A stretch of 64,000 bases of DNA from Candidatus Bathyanammoxibius amoris (lineage in GTDB: Bacteria; Planctomycetota; Brocadiia; Brocadiales; Bathyanammoxibiaceae), in NCBI GenBank assembly GCA_024451685.1, contig JAMXCW010000006.1, positions 5,218 through 69,217 on the forward strand. The letters are read 5' to 3'. The notes under the pieces are model-generated. The model ran no database searches and had not been told where the DNA came from. It worked only from the letters and a program-made list of their open reading frames with translations. Within the stretch, counting starts at the first letter, position 1. The number at the start of each line of letters is the position of its first letter. Below are positions 56,450-64,000 of the stretch, piece after piece. The position numbers and the translations under genes were made by a program.

Positions 56450-57313
56450 CTAATAGAACTCTTTAAGCAGTTCATCAAACCCGGAGCGGTCGAGGGGTTG
56501 TTTTACAAGGGGTTTTTTGGCGATTACAGGCTCTCGCTTCTCCATGGCCGCGCGGCCGGTGTGGTTGTATATCAGTCCTATGGGTATCCTGTCGCCCCAT
56601 TCCTGCGCCTTCTGGAACGCCGCCATCTTGTCGCCGGGGTCGTAATCCGGTTCTTTATCCTCCAATTTGTAGACCCGCTCCTTGTACCACTGAAAAGTGT
56701 TCTGTTTGTTAAAGCTGGGGCAGTTCTGGAGGACGTCTACCAGGGCAAACCCCTCATGCCGGACGGCTTTTTGGAATAAATCCACCAGGTGTGTTTTCTC
56801 GCCGACAAAACCACGCGCGACAAAACCGGCATTAAGGGCAATGGCCACCGCGATGGGATTAAACGCGGATTCAAACACGCCCCCCGGCTGGACTTTTGTC
56901 ACAAACCCTACCTCGCTGGTGGGTGATGCCTGGCCCTTGGTCAGGCCGTAGACCTGGTTGTTGTGCACGATTACGGTGATATTGACGTTTCTCCGTATGG
57001 CGTGCATGAAGTGGTTGCCGCCCTCCCCGTAGCAGTCGCCGTCGCCCGTTGTGACCACGACCACCAGCTCGTGGTTCGCGAGCTTCGCCCCGGTGGCCGG
57101 CGGGAGTGTGCGGCCGTGGAGACTGTTAAAGGTGTTGCCCTTCATGTAGTGAGGGAGTTTACTCGACTGGCCGATACCGGAGACGAGGAGCACCTGATGA
57201 GGCTCCAGACCCAGCCCGACAAGCGCCTCCTGCACAGCCCTCAGTAACATAAAGTTACCGCAGCCGGGACACCACGCCGTCTCCTGTCCCTGATAATCCT
57301 TCAGCTCTACCAT
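56450..57313 (-). CDS. korB: 2-oxoacid:ferredoxin oxidoreductase, beta (TPP-binding) subunit
   Basis: WCPGCGNF, GDGDCYGEGGNH. Confidence 0.9.
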   Translation of the reverse strand: MVELKDYQGQETAWCPGCGNFMLLRAVQEALVGLGLEPHQVLLVSGIGQSSKLPHYMKGNTFNSLHGRTLPPATGAKLANHELVVVVTTGDGDCYGEGGNHFMHAIRRNVNITVIVHNNQVYGLTKGQASPTSEVGFVTKVQPGGVFESAFNPIAVAIALNAGFVARGFVGEKTHLVDLFQKAVRHEGFALVDVLQNCPSFNKQNTFQWYKERVYKLEDKEPDYDPGDKMAAFQKAQEWGDRIPIGLIYNHTGRAAMEKREPVIAKKPLVKQPLDRSGFDELLKEFY

Positions 57314-57380
57314 GACCGCACTAGCCTTTCAAATATAGCACCGGGGTTCCGTCCCCAATCAAATGTTAAACAAGCAATTA

Positions 57381-57400
57381 CGTGCGAGCTTGCTCGCACG
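57381..57400. repeat. Intercistronic palindrome CGTGCGAGC-TT-GCTCGCACG between korA and korB
   Basis: Perfect 9-bp arms within a 118-nt spacer. Confidence 0.8.
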
Positions 57401-57431
57401 CTGCATTTTTTTGTTGTTTTGCTATTTCAGA

Positions 57432-59156
57432 TTATTTCGCATGGTTAATTATATACTCCGGGCAGAAAGGGAGACCGTCATATTTAAGAATATTCCCGGT
57501 GACGGCCCTGCCGCCTGTCTCTGCCTTTATTATGCGTGCCAGCTGTCCGGTGGCATTGTTCTCCACCACGAGACATTTTTTGGCCTTCTCCATTGCACCG
57601 GCCACATGCTCCGAGGGGAAGGGCCACAGCTCGCTCATGTGCATCATACCGGCGCTGCCGCCGTCCGCGTTTATCGTGTCCACCGCCTCCCGCATGGCCC
57701 CGTAGGTTGAACCCCAGCCGATTAGCAGGGTCTCTGCCCCTTTCGCACCGTAAATCCCGGGAGGTAATATCTCGCCTTTCAATCCGTCCAGTTTCTTCAT
57801 GCGTTTTTCTACCATCCGGTTCCGTATCTCAAGGTCCTCGGTCAGGTGGCCTTCCTCATCGTGCTCGTCGCTGTCCGTTACCACCGTTACGCCGGGGGTC
57901 CCGGGAAGCGCCCTTGGGGATATGCCGGAGTCGGTGATGGCGTGTCTCTTGTACCCGTCCGTTATATTTGCCAGGTCTTTTTCGGTAAGAAATTCGCCCC
58001 TGTCAACGGTTATCTTTTCCACGTCAAGTTCATCTATGGTCCAGCAGGAGTCGGCGAGGTGCTGGTCGCTCATGATTATCACAGGCGTCTGGTACCTGTC
58101 CGCCAGGTTAAACGCCTTGCCCATGAGGTAAAATGCCTCTTCAGCGGTGCCCGGCGCCAGTATCGCCCTTGGGAACTCACCGTGCGCCGCATGCAGCACA
58201 AACTCAAGGTCCGACTGCTCGGTCCGGGTGGGAAGTCCGGTTGATGGTCCGGGCCGCTGCGCCTCCACCACCACAATCGGCGTTTCGGTCATGCCCGCCA
58301 GGCCAAGCCCCTCGACCATGAGACAGAAACCGCCCCCGGAGGTGGCGGTCAAGGTTCTGACCCCTGCGAAGGACGCGCCGATGGCCATGTTTATGGCCGC
58401 TATCTCGTCCTCCGCCTGTTCCACTATCAGTCCCCACTCACCGGCCTTTCCCGCAAGGTAGGTCATTATCCCGGTGGACGGGGTCATCGGGTAGGCCGAC
58501 ATGAATTTGCATCCCGCCGCAAGCGCCCCCAGCGCCAGCGCCTCGTTGCCGCTTATGAGCATCCGGCGTTTACCCTTATCAGGGGGGGTGAACTCCCAGG
58601 TGAACTGTCTGGAGAAATCCTCGGTAGTGAAATCGTATCCCGCCCTCGCGGCCTTTACGTCATCGTCCGCGACCTTCTCATCTTTGCCGTATATCTCCTT
58701 CAACATCTCAGCGAGAGTCTCAAAATCATACCGCATGAGCCCAAGCGCCGCGCCCGCCGCCACCGAATTACCGTATCTCCTGTGGCCCCCCTTCTCCACG
58801 GCCAGCCGTTCGAGCGGCACACTGACAAGTGCCGGGCCCTCCTGTTGCGAACTATCGGGCAGACGCACCTTCTCCCCGTCATAAATAATCGCCCCGCCCC
58901 GCGGCACCTCTCCCCTATGCAGGTCAATGGTCTCTTTATTCAGGGCTATCAGTATGTCGGCGCCCTGCGTCATGGCGGTTACGTACTCGTCCCGTATCCT
59001 TACGGTAGAGGTATTGTGCCCGCCCCTGATGCGTGACTGGTAGTCCTGGACCGAGAATACGTGGTATCCGTTGCGGGAGAAGACGTGGGAAAGGATGTGG
59101 CAGATGGATTGCATCCCCTGCCCGGCAGCACCGCCTATCTTTATCTTAAAATCCAG
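57432..59156 (-). CDS. korA: 2-oxoacid:ferredoxin oxidoreductase, alpha subunit with a fused N-terminal gamma-type domain; probable CTG start
   Basis: The ORF track starts at ATG 59114, but the frame upstream reads L-D-F-K-I-K-I-G-G-A-A-G-Q-G-M, restoring the GxGGQG motif of the gamma domain. A G8 run lies 7 nt before CTG 59156. The rest shows alpha-subunit landmarks (AYPMTPST, GGGFCLM). Confidence 0.85.
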   Translation of the reverse strand: MDFKIKIGGAAGQGMQSICHILSHVFSRNGYHVFSVQDYQSRIRGGHNTSTVRIRDEYVTAMTQGADILIALNKETIDLHRGEVPRGGAIIYDGEKVRLPDSSQQEGPALVSVPLERLAVEKGGHRRYGNSVAAGAALGLMRYDFETLAEMLKEIYGKDEKVADDDVKAARAGYDFTTEDFSRQFTWEFTPPDKGKRRMLISGNEALALGALAAGCKFMSAYPMTPSTGIMTYLAGKAGEWGLIVEQAEDEIAAINMAIGASFAGVRTLTATSGGGFCLMVEGLGLAGMTETPIVVVEAQRPGPSTGLPTRTEQSDLEFVLHAAHGEFPRAILAPGTAEEAFYLMGKAFNLADRYQTPVIIMSDQHLADSCWTIDELDVEKITVDRGEFLTEKDLANITDGYKRHAITDSGISPRALPGTPGVTVVTDSDEHDEEGHLTEDLEIRNRMVEKRMKKLDGLKGEILPPGIYGAKGAETLLIGWGSTYGAMREAVDTINADGGSAGMMHMSELWPFPSEHVAGAMEKAKKCLVVENNATGQLARIIKAETGGRAVTGNILKYDGLPFCPEYIINHAK

Positions 59157-59383
59157 TTGTATACCCCCCCCTTTTTTTGTATCCGCGTATCCGCGTGATT
59201 TGACAGGGCCATTGCATCTTATCCCCTGCGTTAAACAGGTGTCAAGCTATAAAGGTATTGCGGCGGCAGTCCCCGTGAGATTTCTTGACAATCATGTGTG
59301 TTGTGATATTATTTTGCTTGGCATAATTTGTTTATATCCATAGATTTGCGGGGTTTTGTGACAAATTGTTAAACGGTCTCTTA

Positions 59384-59440
59384 CGTCCGGTACGGAGACC
59401 GGACGCTGCACCTTCCCCTCCCTTGATGGGGGAGGGGGAA
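59384..59440. repeat. Two hairpin modules upstream of pheS
   Basis: CGTCCGGT-ACGGAG-ACCGGACG (a variant of the module at 55023-55046) and CCCCTCCC-TTGATGG-GGGAGGGG. Confidence 0.7.
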
Positions 59441-59531
59441 AAGTGGTATATGACAACCTTTTCTGCCTTTGGTTTAATATTTTAATATATATAGACGGGA
59501 GCATATAAGCCTTTCAGAGGTTTTAGTCATT

Positions 59532-60551
59532 ATGAAAACGGAACTGCGGGAATTGAAAGGGAAGGCGGAGGCAGAGCTGAAGAACGCCGGTTCACCCGAT
59601 GAACTTGAGGCCTTCCGTATAAAATACCTGGGGAGAAAGGGGCTTTTGAGTGAACTCCTTACAAAAATCCCGTCCCTGCCCGCAGAGGAAAGACCGGGGG
59701 CGGGGCGTCTTCTTAACGAACTGAAGAAGAATTTGTCCGGCAGGTATGAAGAGGCGAAAGGGGCACTGGGAGATAAGGGTCGTCCCGGCGCAGCCGCCGC
59801 GGTTCAGGACGTGACGCTGCCCGGCAGAAGGCCTTCTCTCGGCCGCAGGCACCCGCTCGTACAGACCATAAACGAGATAAAAGACATCTTCACCCGGATG
59901 GGTTTTGAGGTGGCCTTCGGGCCGGAGGTGGAGCTTGAGTATTATAACTTTGAGGCGCTCAACATCCCGCCGGACCATCCCTCCAGGGACGACTTTGATA
60001 CCTTTTACGTCTCAGGCTCGGATGACGTCCTGCTGAGGAGCCAGACCTCCACCGTGCAGATAAGGGTGATGGAGAAACAGGGACCCCCAATCCGCATAAT
60101 TGCCCCCGGCAAGGTATTCAGGCCCGACACGGTGGACGCCACACATTCATTCATGTTCCACCAGATAGAGGGGTTGATGGTAGAAGAGGGCGTTACGTTC
60201 GGGCACCTGAAGGGCGTGCTGAAACTCTTTGTGCAGGCATACTACGGGCCCGATACACAGGTGCGTTTCAGGCCGTCTTTCTTCCCTTTCACCGAGCCGT
60301 CGGCCGAGATGGAGATATCGTGTTCCCTTTGCAAGGGCAAGGGTTGCAGCACCTGCGGCTCTGGGTGGATGGAGATACTTGGCGCGGGCATGGTCGACCC
60401 CAACGTGTTCAAAGCGGTTGGCTACGACGCGGAAAAGTACACCGGCTTTGCGTTCGGGATGGGCGTGGAAAGGATGGCCATGCTCAAGTACGGTATAAAC
60501 GACATAAGGTCATTCTTTGAGAACGACATGAGGTTTTTGTCTCAGTTTTGA
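59532..60551 (+). CDS. pheS: Phenylalanine-tRNA ligase alpha subunit
   Basis: Class II motifs FRPSFFPFTEPS and GFAFGMGVERMAM. Confidence 0.95.
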   Translation: MKTELRELKGKAEAELKNAGSPDELEAFRIKYLGRKGLLSELLTKIPSLPAEERPGAGRLLNELKKNLSGRYEEAKGALGDKGRPGAAAAVQDVTLPGRRPSLGRRHPLVQTINEIKDIFTRMGFEVAFGPEVELEYYNFEALNIPPDHPSRDDFDTFYVSGSDDVLLRSQTSTVQIRVMEKQGPPIRIIAPGKVFRPDTVDATHSFMFHQIEGLMVEEGVTFGHLKGVLKLFVQAYYGPDTQVRFRPSFFPFTEPSAEMEISCSLCKGKGCSTCGSGWMEILGAGMVDPNVFKAVGYDAEKYTGFAFGMGVERMAMLKYGINDIRSFFENDMRFLSQF

Positions 60552-60614
60552 CCGGTCGGTAATCCGCCTCCGGTACGACCGTGTCCATACAACTCTAGGA
60601 CGTTTCCTTGAAAC

Positions 60615-62645
60615 ATGAAGATAAGCTATAACTGGCTGAAGGAATACTGCAATTTTGACCTCTCGCCGCAGGCGCTTGCCGACGCCCTTACGGAGGCCGG
60701 CCTGGTGGTGGAGGAACTAAAGCCCCTGGAAGACGACCACTGTCTGGACGTAGAGGTCACCTCGAACAGGCCGGATTGTCTGGGTTTTTTGGGGATTGCC
60801 CGGGAGGTTGCCGCCATAACCCGCGGCAAGCTGAAACCTCCGGAGGCGGACTATACGGCGGAAAAATTGCCGGTGGACTTCAAGGTCCGCGTGGAAGACT
60901 CTGAATCATGCCCACATTACACGGCGCGCATAATCTGCGGCGTGAAGGTGGGCCCCTCACCTCCGTGGCTCCAGAGGCACCTTGAGGCGGTGGGACTCAG
61001 GCCGGTAAACAACGTGGTGGACGTCACCAACTACGTGTTGCTTGAATCGAGCCAGCCGCTTCACGCCTTCGACATGGATAAACTGCTGGATAAACGGCTT
61101 GTAATCAGACGTGCCGCCAGTGGGGAGGCGTTAAAGACCATTGACGGCACGAGACACGACCTGACGCCGGAGACCCTGGTTATCGCCGACGGGCAGAGGC
61201 CCGTTGCCATCGCCGGGGTAATGGGCGGTATAGATACGGAGGTCGGGGACTCGACTACGAACGTCCTGCTGGAATCGGCACGGTTCAAACCCTCGACTGT
61301 AAGGCGGGCGGCGAAGCGGTTTGTTATGTCAACGGACTCTTCCTACCGCTTCGAGAGGGGTGTCGACCCGGAGGGTGTGGACTGGGCGTCGAGAAGGGCC
61401 GCACGGTTGATACAGGAACTGGCGGGCGGAAAGGTATGCAGGGACGTAATCGATATCGGTTCCAGAAAGTTCAAGAAGCCGGTCGTTTCCGTGAGGATGC
61501 GGCGGCTTAACGGCCTTCTGGGGACAGAGATAAAACCGGCTACGGCCGGTGACATCCTGTCGCGGCTGGGGTTCGAGGTCAAGGTCCGCAAAGAGAGACT
61601 CGACGTGACCGTGCCCAGCTTTCGCGGCGACATTACCCGGGAGGTGGACCTCATAGAAGAGGTGGCCCGCATTTACGGCTACAACAACATCCCCACCGAT
61701 ACGCGCCTGAGTATCCAGGTAAAACCACAGAACAGATATGGACAGGTGGAAGAGATGGCCCGTGAACTACTTACTGGCTGGGGTCTTACGGAGGTTATAA
61801 CCTACAGCATTGTCGATAAAACACAGTACCGGCGGCCCGGCACGTCTTCAAAAAACGCCCCGGCACTCACCTTGCGGAATCCCATCCGGAAGGGGGAGGA
61901 CCGGTTGAGGCAGACGCTTATGGGCAACCTCCTCGGCGTAAAGAGGCATAACCAGGACCGTGGCGTTCCGCATATAAAGATATTCGAGATCTCCCGCGTC
62001 TATTTCCCAACAGAGAGCGCGAGAAAACTGCCTGATGAGAAGACCTGTCTCTGTGTGCTCTGGGAGGAAGAGGGTGTCGCGCCGGAAGAGGCGTTTTACG
62101 TCCTTAAGGGTGTACTGGAGGGCATGTTCGCCACCCTCGGACTCAGGGGCGTTCTAACGTGGCAGGGGCATCCGGGCGGGCCGTTTGACGAGAAGAGGTC
62201 CTGCCGGGTCGAGTACGAAGGCAAGGAGCTTGGGGTATTTGGGGAGATAAAGAAAAAGGTCGTGGAGGAGTACGACCTTAACTTTTCGCCTGTTATGGCC
62301 GAGCTGGATTTTGACGCTATTGTGGAGAGGGCCGACCTCTCAACGGTATTCAAGAAGCTGCCCCTGTATCCTTCCGCGGTAAGGGACATGGCCGTGGTGG
62401 TGGATGAACAGGTGAGTTGGGCCGACATTAGACGGTGCATAGAGGAATCGGGACTTGAATATCTGGAATCGATAGAGTTTTTTGACCTCTATCATGGCAG
62501 GCAGGTCCCGCCGGGCAAGAAGAGCCTGGCCTTCAAGCTCTGTTACCGCGCCAATGACAGGACGCTGAGGGGCGAGGAGGTTGGCGAGATGCAGAAGCTT
62601 GTGGAAGAAAGACTTACGAGGGAACTGGGCGCGGCGTTGAGGTAG
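60615..62645 (+). CDS. pheT: Phenylalanine-tRNA ligase beta subunit (short form, 676 aa, lacking the N-terminal tRNA-binding OB domain)
   Basis: MKISYNWLKEY, B3_4 and B5 domains, C-terminal FDX-ACB (RDMAVVVDE). Confidence 0.9.
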   Translation: MKISYNWLKEYCNFDLSPQALADALTEAGLVVEELKPLEDDHCLDVEVTSNRPDCLGFLGIAREVAAITRGKLKPPEADYTAEKLPVDFKVRVEDSESCPHYTARIICGVKVGPSPPWLQRHLEAVGLRPVNNVVDVTNYVLLESSQPLHAFDMDKLLDKRLVIRRAASGEALKTIDGTRHDLTPETLVIADGQRPVAIAGVMGGIDTEVGDSTTNVLLESARFKPSTVRRAAKRFVMSTDSSYRFERGVDPEGVDWASRRAARLIQELAGGKVCRDVIDIGSRKFKKPVVSVRMRRLNGLLGTEIKPATAGDILSRLGFEVKVRKERLDVTVPSFRGDITREVDLIEEVARIYGYNNIPTDTRLSIQVKPQNRYGQVEEMARELLTGWGLTEVITYSIVDKTQYRRPGTSSKNAPALTLRNPIRKGEDRLRQTLMGNLLGVKRHNQDRGVPHIKIFEISRVYFPTESARKLPDEKTCLCVLWEEEGVAPEEAFYVLKGVLEGMFATLGLRGVLTWQGHPGGPFDEKRSCRVEYEGKELGVFGEIKKKVVEEYDLNFSPVMAELDFDAIVERADLSTVFKKLPLYPSAVRDMAVVVDEQVSWADIRRCIEESGLEYLESIEFFDLYHGRQVPPGKKSLAFKLCYRANDRTLRGEEVGEMQKLVEERLTRELGAALR

Positions 62646-62684
62646 TTTTTTGGGACGAATTAACGATTTTGCCTCTTCTTGTCC

Positions 62685-64000
62685 CTACCTGCTCTTCTTG
62701 TTTTTTCCCCTTCCTTTTTTCTTTTCTTTTTTCTTTTTTTCTTTCTTCCCTATGGCCTTTTCGAGGGGTTTTAGTTTGGCCTGTACAAACCTGCCCCATC
62801 CGGTATCACGGGGGAACGGCAGTTTGGCGTAATCCTCCACTTCCGCGCCCATTGAATAAATAGTCAGGCCGCTCAGGGTAAGTCTGCGGCCGGCCACCTC
62901 CTGGTGTCTTTCCTTTATAACCGCCCCGGAGAGGGCCTTCATGGCGTTTTCGGCCTTTGCGCACAGGGCGGGGTCTCCGTCGCTAAAGGTGAACATCAGT
63001 GCCTTCAGAAATTCTCCCAGGTCGTAGTGCACGCTGTACGGCACGTAACGGCCGGCTATGTGGGCGCTGACGTTGAACGTGCAGGTAAGACGGTCTGCCA
63101 CAATCATCTTTCTTATCTCACGCGGTAACATGCCGCTGAGTTCAAGCGCCAATGCCTCCAGCCCGGGCACCAGTTTCTTGAAGCCCTTCATGTCAATAAG
63201 CGAAGCGGTCCGCATGTTATCCTTTTTAACGGCTTTCTCGTTCCGGACCTGATTTACGTATGCGTCTACGACAGACGATGCGAGTTCCCGGGCCGGGCGG
63301 TCCGGACCCCGTATAAAGGCCTCAAGGACCTTGTCGTAGGGCCAGCCGCCGAGCGCCTCTTCGTTCTCGGAGACGATTACGTACCTTGCGGTGTCGCCCA
63401 CCTGGTACAGTACCTCGGCCATACCCATGTAGCACGCGTCCAGCCCCAGTATGTCTATAAAATCCTTGCCGTTGGTCTTCTTTATACTTTTTGTAATCCT
63501 GGTCAGGGCCTCTTCCATCTCGTCTATGCCGAGTATGTCAACCTTATCGCTGCCGTTATTCATGTCGTGCAGCAGGCCCCTCCAGCCCTCGCCGTAGCCT
63601 CCCAGGCTGATAAAGTAATTCTCCGCCGGCAGGTTCTCCACGGCCCATGAGGCGAACGTAGAGAGTGTTTCGGGGTCTCCGGTGTTTAACTCCCTGTCTC
63701 CCTTCCAGCCGGGACTGACCGCCTCAAGCGGCAGGCTGACCAGATAGTTCTTTCGCACCTCGTAGAGGTGGCCGCGCCTGTCCGTCCTGTCCAACAGCAC
63801 AACCACCCGGACGTCGTAGCTTGAACCTACCGCCCTCATCTCTTCAAGGCTCTGTACGGTAAACCAGTCGAGGAAGTTGTCTCCGGCCAGGTAAAGGATG
63901 CAGGTCCATTTTGCAAGGGGTTTGCGGCCCTCGTCGCAAAGCCCCTCCGTTTGGAAGGTGAATAAAGTGACAAAGACGATAATGGGTATCAGCCTGTGAA
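62685..64000 (-). CDS. Clostripain-family (C11, clan CD) peptidase homolog with a Lys-rich tail; the N-terminus runs off the window
   Basis: The frame stays open upstream of ATG 63839 to the window edge (...IIVFVTLFTFQTEGLCDEGRKPLAKWTCILYLAGDNFLD...). LGLDACYMG (Ala-Cys) is present, but the expected His-Gly reads Tyr-Gly (GGYGEGW). Confidence 0.7.
   Translation of the reverse strand, partial: HRLIPIIVFVTLFTFQTEGLCDEGRKPLAKWTCILYLAGDNFLDWFTVQSLEEMRAVGSSYDVRVVVLLDRTDRRGHLYEVRKNYLVSLPLEAVSPGWKGDRELNTGDPETLSTFASWAVENLPAENYFISLGGYGEGWRGLLHDMNNGSDKVDILGIDEMEEALTRITKSIKKTNGKDFIDILGLDACYMGMAEVLYQVGDTARYVIVSENEEALGGWPYDKVLEAFIRGPDRPARELASSVVDAYVNQVRNEKAVKKDNMRTASLIDMKGFKKLVPGLEALALELSGMLPREIRKMIVADRLTCTFNVSAHIAGRYVPYSVHYDLGEFLKALMFTFSDGDPALCAKAENAMKALSGAVIKERHQEVAGRRLTLSGLTIYSMGAEVEDYAKLPFPRDTGWGRFVQAKLKPLEKAIGKKEKKKKEKKKGRGKNKKSR

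Noticed and set aside
62650-62863. Plus-strand ORFs in the polypyrimidine tract (60 aa and 64 aa, Phe/Leu/Ser-rich).
   Set aside because: They are the antisense of the Lys-rich C-terminal tail of the C11 peptidase homolog.

Overview
This is a 64-kb chromosomal segment from a bacterium of moderate GC (roughly mid-50s % by eye), probably an anaerobe. It encodes a 2-oxoacid:ferredoxin oxidoreductase, a class II ribonucleotide reductase and many radical-SAM enzymes. I count about 55 supportable protein genes and found no rRNA, intact tRNA or CRISPR array.

Most genes are housekeeping: tilS, nrdJ, cspA, pnp, rpsO, folC, aroB, dprA, ribD, deoC-deoB-ald, ispF, pgi, galU, uvrB, nadC, korAB-type OFOR and pheST.

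The accessory and unusual content is:
1. A tyrosine integrase abuts a 45-nt 3' fragment of tRNA-Ala(GGC), which looks like the junction of an integrated element. Next to it are two secreted hydrolase genes that share a bipartite upstream motif.
2. A glutaredoxin-like ORF ends in an in-frame TGA, then two codons, then TAG, with a SECIS-like hairpin just downstream. This is a candidate selenoprotein that the ORF track truncates. It heads a same-strand cluster of a radical-SAM/SPASM enzyme, an O-methyltransferase, a tandem-Usp protein and two paralogous B12-binding radical-SAM enzymes.
3. A tightly coupled dsrE/F/H-like trio is joined to an 826-aa membrane polyferredoxin with an uncharacterised C-terminal domain.
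4. A lipoate-ligase-family gene is followed by a biotin-synthase-like radical-SAM gene, possibly LipS-type lipoate assembly.
5. An AT-richer islet carries a restriction-modification pair (beta-class DPPY methyltransferase plus MutH-family nuclease). The 3' end of the nuclease gene is duplicated 470 bp downstream, and the two copies bracket a small ORF.
6. A family of GC-rich hairpin modules populates gene ends. It includes a collinear ~125-nt composite element present twice.

All functional calls come from motif and family recognition by eye; no database search was possible.
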